Position numbers and translations under genes: made by a program. Positions 1 to 13,329 of a stretch of 64,000 nucleotides of DNA are shown piece after piece. The stretch is from the NCBI GenBank assembly GCA_015680685.1, contig MNCI01003364.1, forward strand, positions 1 to 64,000, written 5' to 3'. The notes under the pieces are model-generated. The model was not told where the DNA came from. It did no database searches and saw only the letters and a program-made list of their open reading frames with translations. This DNA comes from Gnetum montanum (lineage: Eukaryota > Plantae > Gnetophyta). Position 1 is the first letter of the stretch. Each line of letters opens with the position of its first letter.

Positions 1-1
1 A

Positions 2-3000
2 ATGAAATTAAAGGATAAATATTTACACAATTGTTTGATTAATTCCGGAGCTACGTCTACTATAATGCCATTGTCTATATGTAAGAAACTCAGTTTGATT
101 CCTAAAAAATCAAATAAAAAGATTGTTCAAGTGGATAAAAGTAGAGTGAAGATTGTGGGTCAATTACCAAATGTTCTATTGGAAATTGCTTCTGAACCCC
201 ACGTTAGTAGTAGAGTAACTATTCAAGTGGCAGATATACTAGATTCACATAGTCTCTTATTGAGTAGAAGTTGGAGCAAGAANGAAATACTCAAAGAAAT
301 TCATCTATCTTTCCCTTGTACTAACAACAAGGATGAGTATGAAGCTTTATGTATTGGTATAAGAATGGCTCTAGACAAAAAGATCAGAGTAATCACTATA
401 AAAGGAGACTCAAGATTAGTTTGTGAACAAGTAAAGGGTAACAGTGTAGTAAAGATCTCATTCTCAAGACCTTATAAGAAACTTGCTTGTAAGATGTTTG
501 ATCAGATTTGACATTGCCGAATAGAGCATATAAACAGAGCAGAGAATCTTATAGCTGATGATTTGGCAAAGGCAGCTTCAACATTGGATATGCAAATAAT
601 AGAAAGTTACAAAGATGTAATGGTTGAAGAAGAACATCAACCATTAGTACCAGATAATATAAGACATTTACAAGTATTTGAAGATGATGATCAAGTACTA
701 AGATTTATGAAAAACAAAAAAGAATTTGAGGGTCAAATGATACTTGAAATGTCATCACACTTCAAAGTTAATTTCATTCCAAAAAGGATGATCAACTTGG
801 AACATGAGTTCAAGAAAAATTTACTTACTAGAAAGGATATGCAAAGTCCAGATAGTCAAGCTTTCGAGGTAGTGAATTTTGGATTAGAAATGATGCCAAA
901 GATGTTGAATGTTATAAAGTAAAGAGATTGAAATTTCAAGCAAAAATTGTTATCATGTCTAAGAATTAATTTGGAAAATTTTGCTTGGTCTTATGATGAT
1001 CTTAAAGCTTTTAGGTAAGATGTGATGACACATAAAATTCCTTTAATAGAAGGCTGTAAAATACTCAAGCAAAAATAAAGGAAATTTAATCCATCATTTG
1101 AACCAGCTATGGAAACTGAAATCAAGAAGTTGTTGGAAGCATGAATCATATATCCAGTACAATATTCAACATGGCTTGCTAACCTTGTTCCAGTGAGAAA
1201 GAAAAATGGTGATATAAGGCTTTGTATAGACTTTAGAAATCTAAATGATGCCTCAAAAATGAATAAGTATCCACTTCCAAGAATTGATGAGATGCTAATT
1301 AAAGTCTCAGGTTGTCAAGTATATTCTTTCTTAAATGGTTTCTTAGGTTATAATCAAATTATGGTAGATAAGAATGATAGATACAAAACATCATTTATCA
1401 CCAAATGGGGAACTTTTGCTTACCAAAAAATGCCATGTGGATTGTCAAATGCTGGAGCTACTTTTCAAAGAGCAATGGATTTAGCATTCAAGGATTTATT
1501 AGGCAAATTTGTGGTGGTTTATTTGGATGATATTACAATATTCTCAAAGAAAAAAGAAGATCATATTAATCATCTCCAGCAAGTTTTCGATAGATGTCAT
1601 GAGTTTGGTATTTCATTAAATCCTAAGAAGTGTATCTTCAGGGTTAAATCCGGAAGCTTATTAGGCCATGTGATATGTCAAGAAGGAATTGCCATAGACA
1701 ATTCCTAAATCCAAACAGTACAGAATATTGAGCATCCCACAAGTATGAAATCTCTTAGATCTTTCTTTGAGAAGATAAACTTTGTGAAAAAGTTCATTCC
1801 TAGGTTTAATGAAATTACCAAGCCTTTAATGCATATGCTAAAAAAGGATGTCCAAGTAGAGAAAACACCAGAATCAGAGAGAGCTCCGTATCAGAAATTG
1901 AAAATGCTATACAAGAGGCTCTGTATTTGGTGAAGCTTAGGCTTAAAGAAGGTTTTTGGTTATACTCTTTTGCTTCAAATGATTCTATCGCTGCCGTTTT
2001 AACACAAAAAGATGATGAAGGTCAAGATGAACCAATTGGATTTTTTGGGTATCAATTAAAAGGTTCAGAATTAAATTATTCAGACTTAGAGAAACAAGCT
2101 TTTGTAGTCATCAAAGCACTTTAGCATTTTAAATATTATTTGGAAAGTTCATTAGTCCACATTATGCTAATTAAACCTGTAGTCAAGTGATTCCTAGCCC
2201 AAAATTAGATCGGGTTAAAAAAGGAAAAATAGCTTATAAAGTTGTAAAGTTTCAGATTTTCATTGGAAATATGCAAAACAATTAGAGAATGGGTTTAGCC
2301 AAGTTAATTACTAGAGAAAGTGAAGTATGTATACTTGACACCTATGAAGAGAATTGGTATGATGAAATTCTCAAATTTCTTAATACAAGGAAAATTCCAA
2401 ATAATTTAACTGCAAGTCAAAAGAGAGCTTTCTCCAAAAGAGCATGAAGATTCATTGTTAAAGATGGTATATTATATAGAAAGGATTTTCGAGGGATTTT
2501 ATTGGAATGTGTTCATAATGATCAAATTAGTTTCATTTTGGAACAATTTCATGATCATTTGAATTTATTTTATGAATCCCCTAAGTCGACTATGCAACAT
2601 ATACTTCGATATGGATATTATTGTCCTTCCATGTATCAAGACATTAGTTCAATGATTCAAAAATGCTATAAATGTCAAATTCATGGGCCCAAAATTAAAA
2701 AGGCTAGAGTTCCTTTGAAGCCAGTAGTTGCAGATAGACCATTTCAGCAATGGGGTTTGGATTTTATTGGTACAATTACTCCTTCAAGAGCTAGACACAA
2801 GTTTATTCTCATAGCTACTGATTATTTCACTAAATGGTCTGAAACAAAGGCTCTAAGAGGAAGTTCAGCATCAGATGTGATTAAGTTTTTAGAAGACCAC
2901 ATTCTAAGTAGATTTGGTCTACCCAAAGTGTTAGTGTCAGATAATGGAACCACCTTCAAATCTGAAGAGTTTATCAAATGGGCATCAGAAAAATCTATTT

Positions 3001-3590
3001 TTTATTTTCCTCATCAAATTATTATCCTCAAGGAAATGGCCTAGTAAAATTCACCAATAAAAAGCTTATTGCTTATATCAAGAAATCGATGGATGGGAAT
3101 CTAGAAAATTGGATCGATTATCTACAATCCACGTTATGGTCAGATCGAATTAGATTCAAGAAAGCTATTGGGACATCACCATATAACTTAGTCCATGGTT
3201 TGCCAGCAAGAATTACAAATAAGATTGTAAGCTTAGCTTCTGAGTTTGTACAAAGATATAGTGAAAAGGTTGATAAAGATAGAAGTTTCATGACTTTGCT
3301 TATTAAAAGAGAAGCTAAAGTAGATAAAGCAACGGATAATTTGTTACAGGATACCTCTCAAGTTAATAGATGGTTTGATAGGAAAGCTTTGAAAAGAACT
3401 TTCAAGATAGGGGACCTTGTCCTGTTATGGAATATGAAGAAACCGAATAAGTTTACACCGATATGGATTGGTACTTTTCATATTACAAAGAAATTATCAA
3501 AGATACTTACAAATTATCAACTTTAGATGGCATGGAATTGCAATTTCTATATAATTTTTTGCATATAAAACATTATTTTGGACAATTGCG
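2..3590 (+). pseudogene. pol: degenerate pol polyprotein (PR, aRNase H, RT, RNase H, integrase)
   Basis: PR-like LINSGATSTIMP. aRH CTNNKDEYEAL...GDSRLV. RT LCIDFRNLN...MPCGLSNAGATFQRAM...YLDD (1193-1708). RH ASNDSIAAVL...YSDLEKQ. INT WGLDFIG...TDYFTKW...SDNG...YYPQGNG. Several stops and frameshifts; one N at 283. Confidence 0.93.
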
Positions 3591-3755
3591 TACAACTTGA
3601 AGATGTCCTTACAAAAAACAATATATGTATATACTATTAGGTAGAATATCACTAGGTATAGTATTAATTATCATGTTTAATTATGCTATTAATATATAAT
3701 TAGATAAGTAGATAGTATATTATAATAGTAATTATATTTAGAAAATAGTTTTCCT

Positions 3756-3820
3756 TCAAGTGAGGCAAGTGGAAGCCTACAAGTGAAACAAGTGGAATCC
3801 TACAAGTGTGACAAGTGGAG
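3756..3820 (+). repeat. ~22-bp tandem repeat x3 (CAAGTG..CAAGTGGA)
   Basis: tcaagtgaggcaagtggaagcc / tacaagtgaaacaagtggaatcc / tacaagtgtgacaagtggag. Confidence 0.8.
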
Positions 3821-4021
3821 AAGGTGACTCATCCACCACTTGGTGAGGATTATGAAAAATGGTTAGAATGCCTAAAAAGAGGAAAACTTGGTTGAAGACT
3901 CTTGGGGGGAAGTTTAAATTTCTAGCACCCATAAAAAGAGGGTTAGGTTGCCTAAGATTTCATCATCTTTCCATTCAAGTTGAGTAAGGAAAGTAAGATA
4001 GAGCTAATTTTAAAGAGGGAG

Positions 4022-4507
4022 ATGGAGTTTGGGAGAGCAAAGAGAAAGCCTTTTATTCCATATGTGATGGGATGTTGCTCTGAACATGTTTTGAAGGCTT
4101 ACCTAAAAGCTAGGTCATGTGACTTGGTTGTTTGATGAATTTTCGTTTCTCACAAGAGGTTTGGAGATAGAGTCTAATGTTTGGGGGTGATATCAAGATT
4201 ACACCAAAGAAGAGGAGAAGGAGAAGAGCAACCAACAAATGAAGAGTCATCATGGGCATGGGAAGAAGCATTCGTTTCCCAAGAGGAAAATGAAGGACCT
4301 AATTGGGGAGAACAAAAGAGTGCATCTAAAAAGGAAAATGAGAAGAGTGCTGAAGAAAAAGTTCCAATAGATCAAGTTGAGAGCTCCAACAAGCCAGAGA
4401 ATAATAGAACAACCTTCATCACATTAGAAATTTCCTATGAAAGATTTAGAGAGATGAGGATTCCTACTAGGGTAACCCTAACAATTCAGTTTCCATCCCA
4501 AGAATAG
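4022..4507 (+). pseudogene. accessory ORF in 3' region of TatII element, unknown E/K-rich product
   Basis: ATG at 4022 is in frame with ORF 4181-4507. It is interrupted only by TGA/TGA/TAA codons, compatible with CGA/CAA deamination. Confidence 0.45.
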
Positions 4508-4692
4508 TCCATGAAGGACTTGATATTATACAGTTTGTTGTTTTCTTAGGAATGAGGTTTTTATACCATCAAACATTATGTTTGATAAAAATTTTCCTCC
4601 AAAAAGATTTTTGTTTAGCTAAAAAATTTTCAATGAAAGTTTCAGTATGTTTCAGTTTTGAAATGAGGCTGCATAAATTTCTTTAAGCTTTT

Positions 4693-4705
4693 AAGGGGGC
4701 AAAAA
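4693..4705 (+). promoter_or_regulatory. polypurine tract
   Basis: aagggggcaaaaa immediately before LTR start TGTTGG. Confidence 0.8.
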
Positions 4706-4966
4706 TGTTGGCACATTTGGCCATTTCATGGAACAACAAAAGTGATAAAATATGAATGATACAAGACAAAGCAAATATTCAAATGAAAAGGTGCATGCTC
4801 TCCGTCCTCCGTTTAGAAAGGTGCACGCTCTCCTCAACTTCTACGGTGTTCCTCTTCCCGTTTCAATCAACCTAACATTAATTGCCAATAGAAATCAGTA
4901 ATATGATTTGCGCTGAAAATATAAAGCTCTGTGAAAAATAGAGACATCAATGAGGCCTCCAGTGGC

Positions 4967-5260
4967 GACATCGTGCTCATGGGTGGTTCTACGCAAATCC
5001 CTAAGGTCCAGCAGCCGCTTCAGGAGTTTTTCAATGGTAAGGAGCTCTGTAGGAGCATCAACCCCAACGAGGCCATTGCCTATGGTGTAGCCATACAGGC
5101 CGCCATTCTCTCTGATGAGTCTAGCAACAAGGTCCAAGACCTGCTCCTCCTCGATGTAACTCCGTTGTCCCTAGGCATCAAGGTAGCAGGCATCAAAAAC
5201 AACATCACCATCACCAATGACAAAGTGTGGATGATCAATGACGAGATCGAGCGCATGGTC
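4967..5260 (+). pseudogene. HSP70: captured cytosolic HSP70 fragment with internal in-frame deletion, inside LTR
   Basis: [58 protein letters not shown] is joined directly to [16 protein letters not shown]. Confidence 0.93.
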
Positions 5261-5859
5261 CGAGGGGAAGAAAGGACAAAGCAAAGGTTACAACAATTGC
5301 AGTTTTTTACGGAACACACGATAACATTATTGAATGTGGTGGCAGAGCCTTCTTTCGTGGTGATAGTTGATATACAGTTCTGGTAGGGTAGGATAATTTG
5401 AAACTATTTACCGGTAGTTCCAAGCCTGGCGCCTTCATATTCGGACTTCAAATTTTAAGCCATCATTGGATTTAAATTTCATTTTCTAGCAAATGTCATT
5501 TTTCCAAAGAAGCCAGCAACAAATTTTACGTAGGTTCAAAGTGAAAATGTAGATAGTTTATTTATATAAACTTACAAAAATTGGCTGCTGTTACCACCAA
5601 TGTCTACACTAAGGTGTATGTTGCATTATTTTCTTACTACCATCTATCCATAAAATTACTAGGGCTTCAAATGATATTTAACTTTTAAAACTTAAAAATT
5701 CTAAATAAACAAAAATAAAAATAGAAATTATATGGAGCTCTTGGATTTATTTTAAATAAATTATTATAGGCTATTGCTTATAAAAGCAATATTTATAATA
5801 TTTACACATGCCAATGTTAGCAGGATTTTCTCCAAAATTTTATGTATAAGTTACAACTT

Positions 5860-5981
5860 CCTAACTTGTTGGGCAAGTAAGATCTCCTAACTTGTTGGGC
5901 AAGTTATAACTTACTTACTTGCGAGAGAAGTTAGCTAAGATATTTTGAAATATGTAGCTACCTTTTGAACCCTATAAAAAG
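5860..5981 (+). promoter_or_regulatory. LTR promoter: duplicated CTAACTTGTTGGGCAAGT motif plus TATA box (cctataaaaagg)
   Basis: Direct repeats 5861-5878 and 5887-5904; TATA at ~5971. Same arrangement in the solo LTR at ~20902-21017. Confidence 0.6.
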
Positions 5982-7200
5982 GCTTCAGGGGTAAGAAGAA
6001 AAACAACACACTTGGGGTCACACTTGAGATCACTCACTTTGGGTCTTGGAGGAGGATTTGTAAAGAAGACATTGTGAAGATTGCTTGTAAGATGACTATC
6101 TAAAGAAGAGATTTTAGCCTCTTTGTCATAGTCTTGTGAGTTATGCTTATTATTATTTTTTGTTTTGTTTAAATTGTTTAGCTAGTGGTTTAGATAGTAT
6201 CATGCTTGGCAAGTAATTTTGGGATTTTTAGATTGCTCTTATCGTTCTTGTTGCATGATTGAAAATTTCTATTAAAATTTTGCCATAGAAGCGCTTGTGT
6301 TTGAAAGCCTTAAGAGCATTTTAGTAGTGAATTTTATTATTGTGCAACGTATAAGAACTGCTATTGAGATTGTTGTAAGAGAGCCTCTGCTTGTAGTCAT
6401 GCCGTTGAACGATTCAATAGTCAAGAGGGTTCAGAAAATCTTTGGTATTTTGATGGGACTAGAATAGCTTCTTTTATCTTTAAAGTGAATCTCCATGGTA
6501 TTTCAATCAGAAATTGTCAAGTCTTTTGAAGGTTCTATTGAATGTAATTGTTGACATCCATTATCTAGCCAAAATGGAGTCTCGTACGTGATAGTTTACA
6601 CAGCCAGTTTTTGGTAGCATAGTAGGATTGTCTTGAAGAAATTGCTTATTTGAGCCTTGGAAGTTTGAACAATTCGTAGATATTGAATTTGGGATAGCTT
6701 TATTGCGAAGTGTTTACTCGTATCATTTTACTTTGTTTAAGCATTTGAGGTCTTAACACAAATTTGCTTTCTTTCCTTTCTATTTCCATTGAATCTTGCT
6801 CTATTTCTAGTATTCTTGTGGAACTATCTCTTTCTCTGTGGAAAATTAGAAGTAGATTCATGGAATTGTGCTCAAATATTTTTGCAAAATTTTATTTGTT
6901 ACAAGTAGATATTATAAGGACTGCATAGACTAGGCAATTGAACAAAATAGGAACACTCAACAACTCACAGTACTTGGCAAAGTTGGCTGAATCTCTTTAC
7001 GATAAGTCATTTATAGTTTACACACAACGAAATCATTTCATTTTTCACAACTGCACACCACAACAGCACAGACACATACTCACATTAACTACTGAGTCTA
7101 TTTGGAGGTATCTGGGCCTTGGTTTTGTCGGAGACCAGCAAGCACCTAAATCCTATTCGAGGACACTCGGTGGTGGTCGCGTCCCAAACAATCGCCAACA

Positions 7201-9761
7201 ATAACATAATCAATTGAGCATCACCATCATAACTATAGAATAAATAAAAAAACTTATCAGTGTTAGTTATGGTCCTTAGCTTTTCTACAAAGTTATCAAT
7301 CATGTCCTATATCTACTTCTTCTTATCAATGTTCTTCAAGAAGATTTTTCATATATATATATATATATACACACATAATCATAGAAAAAATCATAACCAA
7401 TATAAATAATAATAATATATAAAATAAAAATGTAATTTATAATAAAATAAAAACCATAACTAAAAGCTACTAACTCACCAAAATACATTTGACTTCATTC
7501 TACTAGATTTCCTGCAAGCCACTTTCTTTCAACATCATGAAAGGTAGGCTCCTTCCTAGGCGATATGAAGCTAGGGTCCTTATCATATAATAGTACTATA
7601 TCATCAATATCATATAAGTTGTGTCCTACATGATCACCTAATAACTAGTTAGATTGTGATAGATCATAAGCTTTCAAAATAATTCGTCAAGTAAAACCAT
7701 TTATTTAGGGTGACAAACTTACCTACATCAACTTCTAGCTCTAAGTCAACTTGCTCTACTAATAATTCCCTTACTAGCTCCTCCTCTTCTACTTTCTTGG
7801 CAACTTCAACCATGATCTCTCTTTCTCTAGCATCTACTTCCTTCCTACCTTTCTACTCCACTTCCTCTTAAGCCCTTTGTTCTTCTTCCTCCATTTTCTT
7901 TTAGCCTTTACTTTAGCCAAAGCCTCCTACTCTACATCCTTTCATGTCTTTATGGTAGTTTTCATTAATCAAATAATCATTTAACATATTATCTATATAA
8001 AATAAACTAAATTATCATCATTTTAGTCTTGTTATAATAAAATTTAGTTAACAACATGATATTTTTTCATCATTCACCTCTATGAAGAGCTAGATTTTTA
8101 TTTATTGGTAGCTTCTTCAAATCATCTTTGATCATTCTTTTTCATATTTTCTTTAGTCTTTTATTTGGTGGCTTTTCTAGAATAACGATATAGTAACATT
8201 TGCTTATTGGCTCATTATGTGATCTTCTTTGCACATGTCTAAACCATCTAAGCCACAATTCTTGTAGCTTATTTGAAATAGAAGCTATTATAAGTCTTTC
8301 TCTAATATTTGTATTATTTAGTTTTTCTTTTCTACTAACATTCAACATTTATTGAAGCATTCACATTTCTATCACACTGATTTATTATTCATGCCACTTT
8401 TGTATTGCCCAATATTTAGCATCATATAAGATAGTAGGTTTAATTGCTATCTTGTAAAAATTTTCCTTTATTTTTTGGTATCTTTTATTAGATAGCATAT
8501 CATTAGTCTATCTCAACTTTCACCATCCTATCTCAATTCTATTTCTAATATCTTTATTAATTTCACCATCTGATTGGAGAATTGAAACTAGGCAATCAAA
8601 CTATTTGTAGTAAGGGATTTCTTTATCTTAAATAATTACTTCTATTTATGTCTTTTTTATGATGTTACTAAAATTTTATTCCATATATTCTATCTTATTT
8701 CTGCTAATTTTTAAGCCTTTTGATTCTAGAGCATATCTCCACTTCTTCATTTTAGCCACAATATTTTCTTAAGATGCATCCACCAACATAATATCATCTA
8801 CAAATAGCATACAATAAGGAATTTCCCCTTATATTTTCTTATTAATTAATCAATAATAATGGTAAATAAGTATGGGCTAAGTGTGAAACCTTGATGTAAA
8901 CCTATTATGACTAGAAAATTAGATGTTGTTTCATAAGTTATTCTAATGTTAGTGGTAACTTCTTCATATATGTCTTGAATCACTTTAATCTATTATCAGG
9001 AAAGTTTTTCCTTTGCAAGTCCCATTAAATAATATCTATATGCACTCTTTCATATGATTTTTCTAAATTAACAAATATCACATATAGATTTTTTCTATGT
9101 TTTTTGAATTTCATTATTAGTTGTTGTATAAAAAAATTACCTCTATAGTAAATCTTCCAAGCATAAATTCAAATTTATTTTCTAAGACTGTTGATTGAAT
9201 TCTAAGATGTTGCTCTATGAATCTCTCTCAAAGCTTCATAGTATTACTCATTAGCATGATCTCTCTATAGTTTATACGATTTTGTACATCTTCTTTATTT
9301 TTGTAAATGGGAATAACTAAGATTTTTCTTTAATAATTGGGTGTTTTCTTATCCTTTAAAATTTTGTTAAATAATTGTGTTAGCCAAGAAACTCCCATAT
9401 CTCCCAGTGCTTTTTAGGCTTCTATAGGAATGTTATTTACTCTAACAACTTCCGCAATTTTCAACTTTGATAAGGCTATATTTACCTCAGAGAAGGAAAG
9501 TTCATTAACCAAATCAAAATTTGGTTCTTCTTCTTGGATGTCTTCTCTTGGAAATTATTCATTTAATAATTATTAGAAATAATTTATCTATATATACACT
9601 ATAAAAGAAACTAAATAACATAAATAAAAAAAAAAGAAAATAGATAGGTTACCAAGCCTCATTACCACCTTCGCAATGTCCATCTTTAACCTTTCCTTCT
9701 TCTTCGAAACAAAAGTATCAACTTCCTCAACTACATCTATCCACATCTTCTTAAAGATATG
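7201..9761 (-). pseudogene. multi-exon remnant with E/K-rich coiled-coil exons (probable 3' part of the antisense gene at 58146-59570), RTE inserted in an intron
   Basis: Minus-strand donors G|GTAACC (~9651), G|GTAAGT (~7722) and G|GTGAGT (~7477) with AT-rich introns. Exon fragments include DVVEEVDTFVSKKKERLK and MIDNFVEKLRTI. Confidence 0.5.
8060..9586 (-). mobile_element. 5'-truncated RTE-clade LINE (RT and C-terminus), degenerate
   Basis: Minus-strand GLHQGFTLSPY (~8870-8905), PYCMLFVDDIMLVD (~8776-8819) and NIRERL..KLQELWLRWFRHVQRR (8142-8348), all typical of plant RTE ORFs. Confidence 0.88.
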
Positions 9762-12700
9762 TGTAAGAAACCACATTTTTGGTATTCTTACTATGTATTG
9801 TTATTTTTAAAGATTATGTTGCTTGTGCTTGGATGGGTATGATGCTTGGCTTCAGGTTGATATATTTTATAGTTTTCCACTTGATATTGCATCTTGATGA
9901 GCTTTGAGATGCATGAGTGGATTAATGTTACTATGTATCTTTTGGTGTGTGTATATATATATACACATATATAGTTATTAATATTTTTCAGATGTGTAGT
10001 AATCCTATTTTTTATTGTGGCAAGATTTCGTGAAAGGTTTGATTGGGAGCATGGCATGGCTAGTGATTTATGATTTGCTTGAGTATATTTTATTGACCTT
10101 GTTTGTTATGTGGTGTTGGTAGATATTTTTTTCATATTTAATTTAATTTAAGTTATTACTATTTTTAAGATGTTTGTTAGGATATTTTTGGAATAGTTTG
10201 CTTTGTTTATTATTTTACTAGATGTGAATGTTACGTAAGAGTTAAGGAAGTTATGTATGTTGTGAGAAGTTTTGAAGGAAATATTCATTTAGCTTAATAC
10301 TTGTTTCTATAATTGACTATTATTTCCCCTATTCCATTGTTCTATTAATCTTTCATTAAAACTTACATGACTCTTTTATTCTACATACCTTAAGAATTTG
10401 AGATCATAACAAAGAGGTGCTATGGAAGATTGAAGTTGGTGGAGGCACCGGTGAATTTCAGGTCAATTTTGGTATTGCTTGGATCTTTTTCATGTTTCTT
10501 TCTTCTCTTGTAGACTTCTTCATGTAGATTTGGAGGTAAGTAATCTTGGATCCTTTTTCATTTACATTTGTAGGTTTATGCATGTCTGTGAGATGGATTT
10601 TATAATATTAAATTTCTTTTATATTATATTGTTTGTGAACTGATGAGTATTCTTTTGATCATGTTAAAAGTGATTCAATAGATATGATGTGTGTGTAATT
10701 TGTGATTGATGATAATTCTATTTTTGTTGATTTTTGGTATGGGTTTTATTAGAATTATACCAAAATTTTTGTGAAATTAGGTTTTGCCATTCATTGAAAT
10801 TTTATCATGTGTAAGTAAATGATTAGCACTATTATAATTCTAGTTTGGTATTATCTTAGATCTAGAGAAAGAGTATTTGGACTAGATTCATTTGGAGGGT
10901 AGTTTGGAATCTTAGGATTTTCATTCATTTTGATATGTTGCCTAGATCTTCTTTCTATCTTTATTGATCCTAATCTCTTGTCAATGCATATTTTAGTTCT
11001 ATAGATTTTGTGATAGTTTAATTGAATCCTTCTTCATCATTCAATGTGTTATCTTAGTTGTATTGGCATGATTTCTTTGTCAATTTGAGTTTTCCACACT
11101 AGTTCTACTTATGGATTATTCTTGTTGTTGACTAGTTCTTCTTCCTACACTATTGGTTTCTTACCTACAATTTTCCTATCATTTTCCTTTGATTTGGATT
11201 CATCCTAGATGAATTTCAACCTTTCTAGCTTGTACTAGATGTTTTTAGTCTTGAAAAGATGTCTCTTCTACAAGTTACGTTACCTAGAAAGATGTCTCTT
11301 CCTTATGCTAAATGTTTCTTACTTAGTGGAGACATCTTTCTTAGCCTAGATACATCTCTACTCTTTTTGAAATAAGATGTCTCTACCTTTCCATGGACAT
11401 CTCCTATTTTCCTAAACATTTCTACTCCAAGACCAGAACTATAATAAACATTTTTCTTATGAAGTGTTTTTCTCTAGTTTGGTCTAGAAATTGGTTTTAT
11501 AAATTTCAAAGATTCCTAAAACCCTATTGAATCTTCCACCTTTTTTGAATTTATTATGTTTTCTTTGGATTCTTAAACATTGATAATTTTTTTCCTTTGC
11601 ATGAGTGAGTATTATTTGAACTAAACCTTGGTCAATTATGTTTTTTCTTATGGATTATTTTGAGATATTTATTTGTTCTTTTGATCTCTCAAGTCCTTAT
11701 TGCATGAAAACTTCATGTTTTATTTTTGTTAAAATTATTATTGAATTTTTAAGTTTTGGAATACCTTACTTAAAAACGTGATTAATATATGGTTTGAATA
11801 CTAATCCTTATGTGATTATTGGTTCAAATTTCTAGTAATTTTGTTGTTGTGGATTAATTATATTACTTGGAAGAAATGGTTAAGTATTTTTCCTTTTTGG
11901 ATTATTTGATGTCATTGGGACATTGTGTTGGTTATATGAAATATTCTTGGATTGATAGTTTTGGTCTTTCTTTGGATTGATTTCTTTTATTAGGATTGTT
12001 TGGATTGTTGGATTTTCCTTGATGAGTTGGATTGTCATGCTTATGTTACTATCCTCCATGTTTAGTTTGGTCTTCCAAGTTTATATGTTTGGTTGGATAA
12101 TTAGATGATGGAGCTAACATAGAGTTTGTATGACTTGTTAGAGATGGGCTTCCTGGAGATATCTGATGATTGATCTCCATTGGGATGCATCAGTGTAACT
12201 TTCATTGTAGGCCTCGGTCTACATGAGAGAGTCATTCTATGGCTCATTAATTCCTTTCCTTTGATGCCTCTAGAACATTAAAGGTGAGTCTTGTTAGATA
12301 CCTCTAGCATTAGTAAATTTTGGAAATATATGAAGTGAGTCTTGATGATGCTCCATATTCAGTTGAGACTACTTATAAATCCATGGATATGGTAGTTTTA
12401 TATTTGGTTATTTTGAATTTGGGAAAGTATGCATTACAACTTGATACATATTTAGCACTAAGTGTAGTGCATGCTAACCTCCTTATTTATGGTGATGGTT
12501 GAATTTGAAAAATTCTAGTATTAGTAGTGTTTGATGGCTAGATGTTTGGTTGTATGTTGTTTTCTTATTTAGATGTTCTTGAGCTAACATATTTTGTAGG
12601 TTAGCCATGCTCCACCTAATGTACATGTTATATACCCATTCTTTGGATGGAGATGATCCCAAGGTTTCTTACTTATTGTTATATTGAAAACCCATTTTAT

Positions 12701-13233
12701 TACAAGTTGATTAGATTGGGTGGAGATTGATGATCTTGAAGCATTCACTGAGTTGTTCCAATTATGATTTATGATGTTATGCTTCTAGATTTGAATTTTA
12801 CTATTATGCATGAGAAATTTCAAAATTATGTTTTAAATAATATTTCTCATTTTCTTAGTTTTTAATTTTATGAATATGTATGGATTAGAACTTTGATATT
12901 ATGTTTAAATATTTATGGAGATTTAGATTTGAGGTTTATTTAATTCTCTTATTTGTGATTTAATTTTTGGTAGAAGTTTGTATTATTCTCTTTCTAGTTA
13001 GATTATATTTCCAATGTATATATTTAGTGTAATTTTATATTAACATATTATTTTTCCTCTACTATTTAGTTTAATTTCTTTCCTTAGGTCATGGCTTCAT
13101 GCTAAGTTTCTTCTACTTCTTTTCATTATAAAGCTCATTCAATATTTTTCTTCTCGTCATGACCAATCATTTGTTAGGGATTTTAGCCAACATAATGATT
13201 TCAAACCTAAAGTTTAGGAAAGTGAATGTTAAA
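9762..13233 (+). repeat. 5' LTR of Tekay-like element (~3.5 kb)
   Basis: Starts TGTAAG. Colinear with 26175-27134 plus 56652-58146. Followed by taatatcagaga (decayed tggtatcagagc) at 13237-13248. Confidence 0.8.
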
Positions 13234-13329
13234 AACTAATATCAGAGAGTAGGTTTTGCCAATTTTGTTAATGCATTACTATGTCTAGTGATGGTAGGTG
13301 TTAGAAGTGGATATGGCTATGCTAGGAGG

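Larger units (their letters stand above)
1..7200 (+). mobile_element. Ty3/gypsy Tat-clade (TatII-type, PR-aRH-RT-RH-INT) LTR retrotransposon, 5' part outside window
   Basis: Domain order in ORF fragments is PR, archaeal-type RNase H, RT, RNase H, integrase. PPT at 4693-4705 is followed by a TG...CA LTR at 4706-7200 that matches the solo LTR at 19596-22202. Confidence 0.9.
4706..7200 (+). repeat. 3' LTR of TatII element
   Basis: TGTTGGC...GCCAACA termini. 5820-7200 is highly similar to 20855-22202. Confidence 0.9.

Noticed and set aside
270-300. Natural direct PR-aRH fusion in ORF 2..511
   Set aside because: The junction falls on an N and the aRH catalytic FDG motif is missing, so it is most likely a gap artefact
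4931-5386. Functional HSP70 gene
   Set aside because: Only about 100 codons match, the N-terminus and most of the substrate-binding domain are absent, and it lies inside an LTR
6938-7303. Short ORFs within or overlapping LTRs (also 17340, 24592, 43301, 44081, 44582)
   Set aside because: No recognisable domains; chance ORFs in LTR sequence
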